From Gammaproteobacteria bacterium (GTDB lineage: Bacteria; Gemmatimonadota; Gemmatimonadetes; Longimicrobiales; Gaopeijiaceae): 37,849 nucleotides of DNA. A model generated the notes under the pieces. The model was not told the DNA's origin. It saw nothing but the letters and a program-made list of their open reading frames with translations, and searched no databases. The stretch spans positions 1 through 37,849 of the forward strand of contig JAHEKL010000001.1 of the NCBI GenBank assembly GCA_024638345.1, written 5' to 3'. Positions within the stretch are counted from its first letter, which is position 1, and every line of letters starts with the position of its first letter. Shown here piece by piece: positions 25,340-35,449 of this stretch. The translations under genes and the position numbers were made by a program.

Positions 25340-26569
25340 TCAATACAGGATTCGAACGCGGATCGTATCAGGGATTGATTGCAACTCCCGAGCCAACTCT
25401 CCGTCGTAGTCCTGACCGATGTCGGTGATCACGTACCCGATCGTCTCGTTCGTCTTCAGATACTGGCCCGTGATGTTGATCTCCCTTGCCGCCATGACCT
25501 GGTTGATGCGGGCGAGGATCCCGGGGACGTTCCGGTGAACGTGAACGACCCGATGCGATCCCTGGATCTCTGGTAGCTGGAGATTAGGGAAGTTCACGGA
25601 CAGGCTGGTATTCCCCCTGGTGAGAAAATCGAGGAGCTTCTCCGGAACGAACGCTCCGATGTTCTCCTGTGCTTCCTCGGTGCTTCCACCGATGTGTGGG
25701 GTCAGAATCACGTTGGCGAGACCCCGAAGTGGAGAATCGAACGCGGAGCCGTCGGTGCTCGGCTCTTCCGGAAACACGTCGATGGCGGCACCCCCCAGCC
25801 TCCCGGATTCGAGGGCCACCCGTAGGGCGTCGAGGTCGACCACAAAGCCGCGACTCAGATTGATGAGGACGGAGCCTTCCCTCATGGCCGCGAGCTCTTC
25901 GGAGCCGATCAGGTTTCGATTCTCGGGACTTCCGTCTACGTGCACGGTCACCGCGTCCACCGACCGGAGCAGTTCCTTGAGAGATCGGCAGACCTTCGCG
26001 TTGCCGAGCGCCAACTTCTCCTGCCTATCGTAGAACCAGACTTCCATTCCCATCGCCTCGGCCAGGATGGACAGCTGGCTCCCGATGTTTCCGTAACCGA
26101 TGATGCCCAGGCGCTTGCCGCGGATCTCCCTGGCTCTACTCGCGTTCTTGTGCCAGACCCCCTGGTGGAGCAGCTGGCTCTTCTGGAAGAGCTCTCGAAA
26201 GAGGACGATGATCTCGCCGAGTGCGACCTCGACGACGCTACGGGTATTCGCGAACGGGGCGTTGAACACTGGGATTCCACGCTCGAGACAGGCGTGTAGA
26301 TCGATCTGGTTGGTGCCTATACAGAACGCACCGATCGCAGCCAGCTCCCCCGCACTCTCGATCACGCGGCGCGTCAGCTGGGTCTTGGAGCGAATCCCGA
26401 GGACTGTTACGCCACCCAGCCGCTCGATCAACTCGTCCTCGGACAGACTCGCCGGCTCTTTCAGGACCTCGTAGCCCTGCTCGATGAACGGGGCGGCGGC
26501 ACGATCGTGGATGGACTCCAGGAGAAGCACACGCTGACCGGGTCGCGGGGTTTCCAGGGGCGGGCTCAT
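25340..26569 (-). CDS. serA: D-3-phosphoglycerate dehydrogenase with C-terminal ACT domain
   Basis: Starts MSPPLETPRPGQRVLLLESIH. It has the 2-hydroxyacid dehydrogenase NAD motif (GIIGYGNIGSQL), the catalytic region (ILTPHIGGSTEEAQ) and an ACT tail (HVHRNVPGILARINQV). The ATG at 26569 overlaps the upstream stop (ATGA). The rest of the 642-aa track ORF is an out-of-frame shadow. Confidence 0.9.
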   Translation of the reverse strand: MSPPLETPRPGQRVLLLESIHDRAAAPFIEQGYEVLKEPASLSEDELIERLGGVTVLGIRSKTQLTRRVIESAGELAAIGAFCIGTNQIDLHACLERGIPVFNAPFANTRSVVEVALGEIIVLFRELFQKSQLLHQGVWHKNASRAREIRGKRLGIIGYGNIGSQLSILAEAMGMEVWFYDRQEKLALGNAKVCRSLKELLRSVDAVTVHVDGSPENRNLIGSEELAAMREGSVLINLSRGFVVDLDALRVALESGRLGGAAIDVFPEEPSTDGSAFDSPLRGLANVILTPHIGGSTEEAQENIGAFVPEKLLDFLTRGNTSLSVNFPNLQLPEIQGSHRVVHVHRNVPGILARINQVMAAREINITGQYLKTNETIGYVITDIGQDYDGELARELQSIPDTIRVRILY

Positions 26570-27228
26570 GGACGCTCTAGAAGGGTGAGAAGCTCGTCCA
26601 TCGATCGGACCACTGCGTCCGCACGGGCCACGACGGGTTCGCGATGGCGGTTCTCGGTGAACGCCACGAACCGGTCGACGAGTCCCAGGGTCCTGAGCTC
26701 CAGATCTGTTGCGCCGTCTCCGACCATCCAGAGGGGCCGGGCCCGGGTGTCCAGCGAACCGATCGCGCCTGGCTTCCCCCCGCGAGCCATCGACGTGCTC
26801 GGATCGATCCCTTCGATCGCGCCCGTCTTGCCGTAACGGAAGCGATGAGCCATGAGCCGCCCGGGATCGAGACCGAGACGGCCGAGTGTAGGTCTGATGA
26901 GCTCCTCGAAGCCACCCGAAAGGACGTGAATGCGCTGGGCATTCGCTTGAAAGAAGCCGAGATGTCTCTCGACCGAGGGCGTCAATCGACCAGAGATCTC
27001 TGCCGCGACCCGATCTACGAGGTCTCGATCCGCGTTCAAGATTCCGAGGCGACGACGGAGCGACTCGTCCGCGTCGATCTCTCCGGCCATCCCCATGTCG
27101 GTGATGGCCTGGAAATCCGCCACCCGTCGGTCGCGGTCCGCGGCACGGTCGATCGAAGAGGCAAAGAGCTCGTCGAGCGCCTCGACCGAGACGAGAGTGC
27201 TGTCGAAATCGAATACGAGTGACGTCAT
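26566..27228 (-). CDS. HAD-IB phosphoserine-phosphatase-like hydrolase
   Basis: HAD motif I (FDFDSTL), motif II (VLSGG) and motif IV (GDGATD) are present. Translational coupling to serA supports a role in serine biosynthesis. Confidence 0.8.
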   Translation of the reverse strand: MTSLVFDFDSTLVSVEALDELFASSIDRAADRDRRVADFQAITDMGMAGEIDADESLRRRLGILNADRDLVDRVAAEISGRLTPSVERHLGFFQANAQRIHVLSGGFEELIRPTLGRLGLDPGRLMAHRFRYGKTGAIEGIDPSTSMARGGKPGAIGSLDTRARPLWMVGDGATDLELRTLGLVDRFVAFTENRHREPVVARADAVVRSMDELLTLLERP

Positions 27229-27337
27229 GAGCCCGTCGTTCCTCCACGGAAGGTACGGTAGGTAACACCCCTCCGGTCTATTGCCAACCCCCGATTCCCT
27301 GGCGATTTCGGACAGCTCCCGGGGGTCCTCCGCACCC

Positions 27338-27366
27338 TTGGCCTCTCCCTCGGGGCCGGATACAAT
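27338..27366 (+). promoter_or_regulatory. sigma70-like promoter candidate upstream of ilvD
   Basis: TTGGCC (27338-27343), a 17-nt spacer, then TACAAT (27361-27366), 47 nt before the ilvD ATG. Pattern match only. Confidence 0.3.
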
Positions 27367-27412
27367 GCATACACTTCCGGCAGGCCTCCCTATCTCTCGT
27401 TCGGACCCTCAG

Positions 27413-29092
27413 ATGGCGAACAAGCTCAACCGCTTCAGCGCACGTATCACCGAACCCCGCTCCCAGGGTGCCTCGCAGGCCATGCTCTATGGAACGGGAC
27501 TCACTTCGGAGGACATGGCGAAACCTCAAGTCGGGATCGCCAGCGTCTGGTGGGAGGGAAACACCTGCAACATGCACCTCGGGGACCTGGCTTCAGTGGT
27601 CAAGGAAGGAGTGACCGCAGCGGGTCTCGTGGGAATGCGCTTCAATACGGTCGGAGTCTCGGACGGGATCTCCATGGGCACGGAGGGGATGAGCTTCTCC
27701 CTTCAGTCGCGTGACCTGATTGCCGACTCGATCGAGACCGTGATGGGCGCCCAATGGTACGACGCCAACATCTCCATCCCGGGCTGTGACAAGAACATGC
27801 CCGGCTGTCTCATCGCCATGGGACGTCTGAATCGCCCTTCGCTCATGATATACGGTGGAACGATCCGCGCCGGTCACGCGAAGGGAAGGACGCTCGACAT
27901 CGTATCGGCCTTCCAGAGTTATGGTGAGTTCATCGCCCACCGGATCGACGACGAGACCCGAGAGGAAATCGTTCGGCATTCGTGCCCCGGTGCAGGAGCC
28001 TGTGGAGGCATGTACACGGCCAACACCATGGCCTCGGCGATCGAGGCGCTCGGCATGTCGCTTCCCTACAGCTCGTCGACGCCGGCAGACGACCCGGGAA
28101 AACGAAACGAATGCTTGCGGGCCGGCCAAGCGGTCCATCACCTGCTCGAGATCGATCTCAAGCCTCGAGACATCATGACCCGGCAAGCGTTCGAGAACGC
28201 GATGACCGTGGTGATGGCTCTGGGTGGATCCACCAACGCGGTTCTTCACCTCCTCGCCATGGCGCGGGCAGTCGAGGTGCCGCTTACCCTGGACGACTTC
28301 CAGGCGGTCAGTGACCGTGTGCCCTTTCTCGCGGACCTCAAGCCATCCGGACGCTATGTGATGGAAGACCTACACCGAGTCGGCGGCACTCCCGCCGTGA
28401 TGAAGTATCTGCTCGAGCAGGGTCTGATGGAGGGCGGATGCCGAACGGTCACCGGGCGAACGATCGCCGAGAACCTGGAGGCGGTTCCTCCGCTTGCCGA
28501 CGGTCAGGACGTCATCCGGCCAATCTCCGATCCCGTCAAGTCGACCGGGCACATCACGATTCTGCGTGGAAACCTCGCGCCGGGAGGGGCTGTGGCGAAG
28601 ATCACGGGGAAGGAGGGCCTGCGGTTCGAGGGTCCTGCTCGAGTCTTCGACTCCGAGGAGCGAATGCTCGCGGCCTTGGAGGCGAACGAGATCCAGAAGG
28701 GAGACGCGGTAGTCATCCGCTACGAGGGGCCGAAAGGGGGACCGGGGATGCCCGAGATGCTGACACCGACATCGGCGATCGTCGGCGCTGGCCTGGGTGA
28801 TCACGTTGCTCTGCTGACCGACGGCCGCTTTTCCGGTGGCTCACACGGATTCATCATCGGTCATATCGTCCCGGAAGCGCAGGAGGGTGGGCCGTTGGCC
28901 CTCATCCAGGATGGAGATCGGATCGTGATCGACGCCGAGACCAGGATTCTTTCCGTCGAGATCGGGGCGGACGAGCTGGAGCGGCGGAGATCGGAGTGGA
29001 TCATGCCGGAGTACAAAGCCCGGCGGGGAACGCTGGCCCGCTACATCCACACCGTCAAAGACGCCTCTTACGGCTGCGTGACCGACGAGTGA
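27413..29092 (+). CDS. ilvD: dihydroxy-acid dehydratase
   Basis: [30 protein letters not shown] is a canonical IlvD N-terminus. The Fe-S cluster ligand regions ([25 protein letters not shown]) and the C-terminus ([11 protein letters not shown]) are present. The track extension to 27281 is unlikely to be translated. Confidence 0.93.
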   Translation: MANKLNRFSARITEPRSQGASQAMLYGTGLTSEDMAKPQVGIASVWWEGNTCNMHLGDLASVVKEGVTAAGLVGMRFNTVGVSDGISMGTEGMSFSLQSRDLIADSIETVMGAQWYDANISIPGCDKNMPGCLIAMGRLNRPSLMIYGGTIRAGHAKGRTLDIVSAFQSYGEFIAHRIDDETREEIVRHSCPGAGACGGMYTANTMASAIEALGMSLPYSSSTPADDPGKRNECLRAGQAVHHLLEIDLKPRDIMTRQAFENAMTVVMALGGSTNAVLHLLAMARAVEVPLTLDDFQAVSDRVPFLADLKPSGRYVMEDLHRVGGTPAVMKYLLEQGLMEGGCRTVTGRTIAENLEAVPPLADGQDVIRPISDPVKSTGHITILRGNLAPGGAVAKITGKEGLRFEGPARVFDSEERMLAALEANEIQKGDAVVIRYEGPKGGPGMPEMLTPTSAIVGAGLGDHVALLTDGRFSGGSHGFIIGHIVPEAQEGGPLALIQDGDRIVIDAETRILSVEIGADELERRRSEWIMPEYKARRGTLARYIHTVKDASYGCVTDE

Positions 29093-30732
29093 CCCCGACC
29101 ACCTCCTCTTCGGAGTCCGAGATCTCACCGCAGCAGTCCGGGGAGCGGGAGAGGCGGGCGGTTGACGTGCCGCAATCCTCTCGCGTCGCCGCCATCGACG
29201 TAGGGTCGAACGCGATCCGCTACATCGTCGCCGCGGTTTCCGATTCGGGTGCCTATGTAGTGCTCGAGTCCGAGCGGCTTGCCGTCCGGCTAGGCCGGGA
29301 TGTCTTCACCCGCGAGCGTCGGCTGACCGAGCCCACGATGCGGGCGGGCGTGCTGGCGCTGACTCAGATCAGGCGTCGGATCGACGATCTGGGAATCGCT
29401 CATTACCGCGCGGCGGCAACGAGCGCGGTTCGGGAGAGCCGAAACGGGGGCGAGTTCGTAGAACGAATCCGCCGGGAGAGCGGGATTCACCTCGAGACGA
29501 TTTCCGGCAGTGAAGAGGCCAGGCTGGTTTGGATTGCGGTCAAGGAGCGACTGGATCTCGGTGACCAACGATGGCTGACCATGGATCTCGGAGGTGGAAG
29601 CGTCGAGATCTCTGTAGTGAGCGCACAGGGAATCCATTGGAGCGAGTCCCATACGCTGGGTTCCGTCCGGCTGCTTCAGGCTCTGGAGGAGGATCGGGTC
29701 GGCGTTGACCGCACGGACTACGCAGAGCTACTCGCCCGCTACGCCCACGTTCTCAAGGCTCCGCATGCCATCTCCGAATGGAAACCGAGCGGCACGATCG
29801 CTACCGGTGGAAACATCGAGAGCCTGGCCTGGTTGGCCGGCGCGAAGCCGGACGCGAAGGGCGTATCTCGCCTTGCCGTCGCGGACCTCAGGAAGATCAT
29901 TGGCCAGCTCGGTGCGCTCAGCTACGACGAAAGGGTGGAGCGGCTGGGACTTCGCGTGGATCGCGCCGATGTGATCCTCCCGGCGGCGGTCGTCTACGAC
30001 CGTATCGCCGAGCTTGCCTCAGCCGACGAGATCATCGTGCCCGTCGTCGGCGTGAAGGAGGGACTCGTGCTCGACCTGGCGGATGAGCTCCGGAACTTCT
30101 CCGCGCATTCAGACCGCCGCGAGCAGGAGATTCGGGCCGCTGTCGTCACGCTGGGGCGGCGGTACCAGTTCGACGAGGCGCACGGCCAACAGGTCGCGAG
30201 GCTCTCCCTGGCCCTCTTCGATCAACTCGCAGCGTTGCATGGCCTCGAGGCCCGTGATCGGAACCTCTTGCTCGCGGGAGCGTTTCTACATGACATCGGC
30301 CAGTTCATCTCCTACCGTGGACATCACAAGCATTCCATGTACCTGATCGAGCACTCGGAGCTTCCCGGGCTGTCCCCCACGGACATTCAGCTCGTCGCGC
30401 TTCTCGCGCGTTACCATCGGAGGGCGGAGCCCAAGTCCACCCACTTCGGCTACTCCGATCTCGAGGAGGCGGACCGAGACCGGGTGAGAAAGCTCTCCGC
30501 CGTGCTTCGAGTGGCCGACGCGCTCGATCGCGAGCACGTGTCGAGAGTCCTGGCCCTGGATGCGAAGGTCGAAGACGACTCGGTGGTTCTCCGGCTCGAA
30601 ACCCGCGGAAGCTTGACTTTGGAGGAGTGGGCACTCCGCAAGAAAGGACGGATGTTCGAGTCCACGTTCAACAGGCCCCTGCGCCTCGAGACTGAACCTC
30701 GGCGGTTGGAAGCCGAGGTCTCCAACGTGTAG
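29089..30732 (+). CDS. ppx: exopolyphosphatase / GppA-family phosphatase with C-terminal HD domain
   Basis: The Ppx-GppA ASKHA N-terminus ([28 protein letters not shown]) and an HD region ([23 protein letters not shown]) are present. GTG 29089 overlaps the ilvD stop (GTGA). The alternative start GTG 29167 ([15 protein letters not shown]) has GGGAGAGG 12 nt upstream. Confidence 0.83.
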   Translation: MTPTTSSSESEISPQQSGERERRAVDVPQSSRVAAIDVGSNAIRYIVAAVSDSGAYVVLESERLAVRLGRDVFTRERRLTEPTMRAGVLALTQIRRRIDDLGIAHYRAAATSAVRESRNGGEFVERIRRESGIHLETISGSEEARLVWIAVKERLDLGDQRWLTMDLGGGSVEISVVSAQGIHWSESHTLGSVRLLQALEEDRVGVDRTDYAELLARYAHVLKAPHAISEWKPSGTIATGGNIESLAWLAGAKPDAKGVSRLAVADLRKIIGQLGALSYDERVERLGLRVDRADVILPAAVVYDRIAELASADEIIVPVVGVKEGLVLDLADELRNFSAHSDRREQEIRAAVVTLGRRYQFDEAHGQQVARLSLALFDQLAALHGLEARDRNLLLAGAFLHDIGQFISYRGHHKHSMYLIEHSELPGLSPTDIQLVALLARYHRRAEPKSTHFGYSDLEEADRDRVRKLSAVLRVADALDREHVSRVLALDAKVEDDSVVLRLETRGSLTLEEWALRKKGRMFESTFNRPLRLETEPRRLEAEVSNV

Positions 30733-30767
30733 CGGCACGGGACGCTTTTCCCCGTCACCCCCTATGG

Positions 30768-32969
30768 ATGGCTAGTGTGTCACATGTGATGTCAGAGCTA
30801 CCTCAGGCCGTTCAGCCTCAGACGCTCCCGAAAGATGCGGGGCTGGATCATCCGTCCCTCTACTTCAACCAGGAGCTCAGCTGGATCGACTTCAATTGGA
30901 GAGTCTTTCAGGAGGCTCTCGAGCCCTCGCTGCCCATCCTCGAGAGAGTACGGTTCCTCGGGATCACTGCGAGCAATCTCGACGAGTTCGTCCAGAAGCG
31001 CGTCGGAGGGTTGCGACGCCAGGAGGTCGCCGGAGTCAAGCAGGCTTCGCCCGACGGCCGACGGCCGCCCGAGCTCCTCGCCCTCGTGAGGGAGGCCACG
31101 ATTGCCATGGAGGCCGCGATCGACCGCACCTGGGTCGACGATCTCAAGCCGCTGCTCGCAGAGATCGCAGATGTCCGGATCTTGGACTACCCCTCGCTCA
31201 GTCAGGAACAAGAGCAGGAGCTCACCCGTTACTTCCGCGAGCACCTGTATCCGATTCTGACGCCACTCGCCGTGGATCCGGGGCACCCGTTCCCCTTCAT
31301 CTCGAACTTGAGCCTTTCGCTGGCGATCGAGATGCGGGACCCCCGATCCGGCTCGCTCCATTTCGCGCGAGTGAAGGTTCCGGTTCGCTCTGGGCGCTGG
31401 CTGCCCGTTCCGGGAACGGAGGGAGCGTGCCGATTCATTGCTGTGGAGGAGATCATCCGCCACAACGCAGGTGAGCTGTTTCGCGGTATGGAGATCATTC
31501 AGGTGCATGCGTTCAGGGTGACCAGGAACGCGGACCTCGAGCGTGAGGAGGAGGAGGCCGAGGATCTGATTGCGATGATCTCGGACGAGCTGAGAGAGCG
31601 CCGACTGGCGCCCGTGGTCCGACTGGAGGTCGAAGCGGACATGCCGGAGCACCTTCGGGCGCTCCTGCTCAAGGAGTTGGACCTGGGAATCGAGGATCTG
31701 GTCGCGGTGGATGGAGAGCTCGCCCTCGAGGACTGCCTCGAGCTCGCCGAGCTCGACCTGCCCGAATACGAGATCGAACCATGGGAGCCCGTCATTCCCG
31801 ACCGGCTCTCTGCAAAGGAGGGCAACGGCGCCGGCGAAGGAGACATCTTCTCGGTCATCCGAGCGGGCGACCTCCTGGTCCACCACCCGTACGAGTCCTT
31901 CTCAGGCACCGTGCTGCGCCTAGTGGAGGAAGCCGCGCAGGATCCTGCGGTTCTTGCCATCAAGCAGACTCTGTATCGGACTTCGGACGACTCTCAGATC
32001 GTTCGCTCCCTGCTTCGGGCGGCAGATCGTGGCAAGCAGGTCGCGGTCATGGTGGAAGTGAAGGCTCGGTTCGACGAACAGAACAATATCGAGTGGGCCC
32101 GTATCCTAGAGACCGCCGGTGTCCACGTGACCTATGGGCTTCTCGGTCTCAAGACCCACGCGAAGGTCGTCCTGATCATCCGGGAGGAGGGCGGACACCC
32201 CAAGACTTATTGTCACATCGGCACGGGCAACTACCACAAAGAGAACGCCGGCGTCTACACAGACCTCGGCCTGCTGACCTACGATGCGGAGATCGGCGCC
32301 GACGCGGTGAATCTGTTCCACTTCGTCACCGGTTACGCCCCGGCCCAGCCCTACCAGAAACTGATCGTGGCCCCTGGATCCATGCGAACCAAGTTCCACA
32401 GCCTCATCCAGCGAGAGATCGACCACGCCCGCGAGGGGTCACCGAGCAGGATCGCGGCCAAGATGAACGCGATCGATGACCCGAAAATCATCGGGCAACT
32501 CTACGAGGCGTCTCGGGCCGGTGTGAGAATCGATCTGATCGTGCGGGGCCACTGCTGCGTTCGACCAGGTCTGACCGGCTTCAGTGAGAACATACGGGTG
32601 GTCAGCATCATCGGTCGCTTCTTGGAGCACGACCGCATCTTCTACTTCGAGAATCGTGGCGACCCTGAGATCTTCATTGGGAGCGCAGACTGGCGAACAC
32701 GCAATCTCGACACGCGAGTGGAAGCGGTCGTCCCCATCGACGAGCCGGCGCTGAAAGAGCGACTCGTCCGAATCCTCGACTTGTCCCTCGCCGACAACGA
32801 GTTGGCGTGGGAGCTCGGGGAGGACGGACGCTACGTGCAGAGGGCTCCCGCGCACGGCGAAGAACCTGTAGCGCTGCATCGTGCTCTCATGGAGGATACG
32901 CTGGCGCGTCGAAAGCCCGCCGCGGTTCGACCCCCCGGCCCCGCGATCCCGATGGGAGCGAAGGGCTAG
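30768..32969 (+). CDS. ppk: polyphosphate kinase 1
   Basis: PPK1 is collinear over the full length: YFNQELSWIDFNWRVFQEA, PILERVRFLGITASNLDEF, the autophosphorylation region (LKTHAKVVLI), and the two PLD-like C-terminal domains (GTGNYH, GRFLEHDRIF). Confidence 0.93.
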   Translation: MASVSHVMSELPQAVQPQTLPKDAGLDHPSLYFNQELSWIDFNWRVFQEALEPSLPILERVRFLGITASNLDEFVQKRVGGLRRQEVAGVKQASPDGRRPPELLALVREATIAMEAAIDRTWVDDLKPLLAEIADVRILDYPSLSQEQEQELTRYFREHLYPILTPLAVDPGHPFPFISNLSLSLAIEMRDPRSGSLHFARVKVPVRSGRWLPVPGTEGACRFIAVEEIIRHNAGELFRGMEIIQVHAFRVTRNADLEREEEEAEDLIAMISDELRERRLAPVVRLEVEADMPEHLRALLLKELDLGIEDLVAVDGELALEDCLELAELDLPEYEIEPWEPVIPDRLSAKEGNGAGEGDIFSVIRAGDLLVHHPYESFSGTVLRLVEEAAQDPAVLAIKQTLYRTSDDSQIVRSLLRAADRGKQVAVMVEVKARFDEQNNIEWARILETAGVHVTYGLLGLKTHAKVVLIIREEGGHPKTYCHIGTGNYHKENAGVYTDLGLLTYDAEIGADAVNLFHFVTGYAPAQPYQKLIVAPGSMRTKFHSLIQREIDHAREGSPSRIAAKMNAIDDPKIIGQLYEASRAGVRIDLIVRGHCCVRPGLTGFSENIRVVSIIGRFLEHDRIFYFENRGDPEIFIGSADWRTRNLDTRVEAVVPIDEPALKERLVRILDLSLADNELAWELGEDGRYVQRAPAHGEEPVALHRALMEDTLARRKPAAVRPPGPAIPMGAKG

Positions 32970-33084
32970 GCCGGCAGGCGGTGAAGCCGCGCGTGCCCAT
33001 GCAGTGAACCCGTCCAGAGCAGACCAGAGACGCCGCCTCGAACGCTGAGGAACCCAAGCGGACTCGAGGGCATCGGATCACGAT

Positions 33085-34437
33085 ATGACACTGACCGAAC
33101 AGAACGCGAGAACGCACCGAGACGTACCATCTCGAGGTGTGGATCACCCCGACCTCGTCCGAAGATTCCTGGACGTGCGCGAGTCGACCGACGCCCTTAC
33201 CCAGAACCTCGAACCGGAGGACTTCGTAGTCCAGTCGATGGACGACGTGAGCCCGACCAAGTGGCACCTGGCGCACACCTCCTGGTTCTGGGAGGCGTTC
33301 GTGCTCTCGGAATGGATTCGGGACTACAAGCCCTTCCATCCCACGTATCACTACTTGTTCAACTCGTATTACGTGCAGGCGGGTGAGCGGCACTGCCGCG
33401 CGCAGAGAGGATACCTCTCCCGGCCGACCGTCGCAGAGGTTCAGGAGTACCGGCGGTACGTGGATTCGGCGGTGGCCGAGCTGATCGCTCGGGATCCGCA
33501 CGGCGAAAGGGACCCGGCCCTCGCGCAGCTCGTAGAGCTCGGGATGAATCACGAGCAACAGCATCAGGAGCTCATCCTCACCGATCTCAAGCACGTGTTT
33601 TCCGTCAACCCGCTCCGGCCGACGTATCGCGAGCGGAGAGCCGGGAACGGATCGGACGCGACGTCCGCCGGGAACTCTACCGCGGCCATACCAGAGCTGC
33701 GATGGGTCGGATTCGAGGGAGGTCTGGTGCACATCGGTGCCGCCGGTTCCGGATTCCGGTTCGACAACGAGAGTCCTCGCCACCGAAGGTTCCTGGAGCC
33801 CTTCGAGATCGCGGATCGGTTGGTCACCAACGGGGAGTTCCTGGAGTTCATCGAGGACGGTGGCTTCCGAAGAGCGGAGCTTTGGATGTCGGAGGGCTGG
33901 GCGCAGCGCGAGTCTCAGGGTTGGACGGAGCCGTTCTACTGGGAGCGGCGAGACGGAGCGTGGTGGAGCTTCACGCTCTCCGGGATGCGCCCTCTGGTCC
34001 TAGGAGAGCCCGTTTGCCACCTGACCTGGTTCGAAGCGGACGCCTATGCGCGCTGGGCCGGCGGACGATTGCCGCGGGAAGACGAGTGGGAGGCAGCGGC
34101 CGAGACGGTACCCGTGGAGGGCAATCTGGTCGAAGCCGCGCGTTTTCATCCGGTTCGACTCGCTTCGACCGAGGGTGGGTCCGGGCCCGTCTTGCGACAG
34201 ATGTTCGGAGACGTGTGGGAATGGACTTCCAGTGCGTACTCACCCTACCCGGGCTACTCGACGCCCGAGGGCGTGATCGGCGAGTACAACGGGAAGTTCA
34301 TGTGTGGTCAGTTCGTTCTGAGGGGTGGCTCGTGTGCCACGCCGCGGACGCACATCCGGCCGACCTACAGGAACTTCTTTCATCCGGACGCGGCTTGGCA
34401 GTTCAGCGGCCTCCGACTGGCCAGAGACCCGAGGTAG
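33085..34437 (+). CDS. egtB: ergothioneine biosynthesis sulfoxide synthase EgtB (DinB-like plus FGE-sulfatase domains)
   Basis: DinB-like N-terminal domain with the iron-binding His pattern (SPTKWHLAHTSWFWE, NHEQQHQELI). The FGE-like C-terminal domain has LVTNGEFLEFI, GDVWEWTSSAYSPYPGY and the C-terminal RGGSCATP...TYRNFF. Confidence 0.88.
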   Translation: MTLTEQNARTHRDVPSRGVDHPDLVRRFLDVRESTDALTQNLEPEDFVVQSMDDVSPTKWHLAHTSWFWEAFVLSEWIRDYKPFHPTYHYLFNSYYVQAGERHCRAQRGYLSRPTVAEVQEYRRYVDSAVAELIARDPHGERDPALAQLVELGMNHEQQHQELILTDLKHVFSVNPLRPTYRERRAGNGSDATSAGNSTAAIPELRWVGFEGGLVHIGAAGSGFRFDNESPRHRRFLEPFEIADRLVTNGEFLEFIEDGGFRRAELWMSEGWAQRESQGWTEPFYWERRDGAWWSFTLSGMRPLVLGEPVCHLTWFEADAYARWAGGRLPREDEWEAAAETVPVEGNLVEAARFHPVRLASTEGGSGPVLRQMFGDVWEWTSSAYSPYPGYSTPEGVIGEYNGKFMCGQFVLRGGSCATPRTHIRPTYRNFFHPDAAWQFSGLRLARDPR

Positions 34438-35444
34438 TGGCGGGCGGGATCGGCGCGGGCGGGACGCTCACGGACGAAGTCCGACTCCTACGGCTGTTCG
34501 ACGAGATCTCCGATGGGTTGAGCCGTGATCCCCGAAGGCTTCCCGAGAAGCTGTTCTACGACGACCGGGGAGCTCGCCTGTTCGAACAGATCACGCGGCT
34601 GGACGCCTACTACCCGACCCGCACGGAGATCGGGATTCTGAGAAGGTGCCTCGACGAGGTTCGAGAACTCGTAGGGCCGTCCCCTACGGTCGTGGAGTTC
34701 GGCACGGGGAGCGGAAGAAAGACCAACATGCTGCTCGATGCGCTCGAGAGGCCGACGACCTGTGTCCCGATCGATATCTCCGAAGCGCAGCTCCTTCGGT
34801 TCGCCGATGAGCTTCAGAGGGAGTACCCCGACATGGCGGTCATGCCGCTGATCGCGGACTACACCGAGCCGTTCGCCCTGCCTATGCCCACGCCTTCCCG
34901 ACATCCTCCCGAAGGTCGGACCCTCTTCTTCTTTCCGGGCTCCTCGGTGGGCAACTTCGAGCCGTCCCAAGCCGCATCGTTTCTGGAACAGGTGGGCTGG
35001 GCCGGCGGAGTCGGCTCTTCGCTGTTGATCGGCGTCGATCTCGTCAAAGAGGCTCCCGTCCTGGAGTTGGCCTACGACGATCCAGAGGGGGTGACCGCGG
35101 AGTTCAACCGTAACGCCCTCCGTCACCTCAATCACATGTTCGAGGGCGACATCGATCCCGCCGCCTTCGCTCATCGTGCGGTATGGAACGAAGCGGATTC
35201 CAGAATCGAGATGCGACTCGTGAGCCAGGCGGACCAGTCCTTCACCCTGACCCCGGATCTCCCGGACAGGGAGCCGCTTCGAATCGACCTCCGAAGAGGG
35301 GAGGAGATCGTGACGGAGCACTCTTACAAGTACCACATCGAGCAGTTTGAATCGCTCTGCCGCCGCGCAGGCTGGAGGGCGGTACGGAGCTGGACGGACG
35401 ACCGTGAGCGGTTCTCCGTCCACTACCTCGAAAAGGAGGCGTGA
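34437..35444 (+). CDS. egtD: L-histidine N-alpha-methyltransferase EgtD
   Basis: LPEKLFYDDRGARLFEQITRLDAYYPTRTEIGIL and the SAM motif (VVEFGTGSGRKT) are EgtD hallmarks. The GTG at 34437 shares one base with the egtB TAG. The upstream part of the 580-aa track ORF is a shadow across egtB. Confidence 0.87.
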   Translation: MAGGIGAGGTLTDEVRLLRLFDEISDGLSRDPRRLPEKLFYDDRGARLFEQITRLDAYYPTRTEIGILRRCLDEVRELVGPSPTVVEFGTGSGRKTNMLLDALERPTTCVPIDISEAQLLRFADELQREYPDMAVMPLIADYTEPFALPMPTPSRHPPEGRTLFFFPGSSVGNFEPSQAASFLEQVGWAGGVGSSLLIGVDLVKEAPVLELAYDDPEGVTAEFNRNALRHLNHMFEGDIDPAAFAHRAVWNEADSRIEMRLVSQADQSFTLTPDLPDREPLRIDLRRGEEIVTEHSYKYHIEQFESLCRRAGWRAVRSWTDDRERFSVHYLEKEA

Positions 35445-35449
35445 CGTCG

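Noticed and set aside
25340-25365. GGATTCGAACGCGGATCG resembles the reverse complement of a tRNA T-arm
   Set aside because: It lies inside the last codons of serA (...IRVRILY). I could not fold an acceptor stem or anticodon arm around it.
25340-27268. A 642-aa ORF that looks like a giant SerA fusion
   Set aside because: Only the C-terminal 409 aa (from MSPPLETP, ATG 26569) match phosphoglycerate dehydrogenase. The N-terminal ~230 aa are Arg/Pro/Gly-rich and run out of frame across the well-supported HAD phosphatase gene (26566-27228). This is a high-GC shadow extension.
33702-35444. A 580-aa ORF spanning egtB and egtD
   Set aside because: Its first ~245 codons overlap egtB in another frame and translate to Arg/Gly-rich low-complexity sequence. 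EgtD homology begins near the GTG at 34437.
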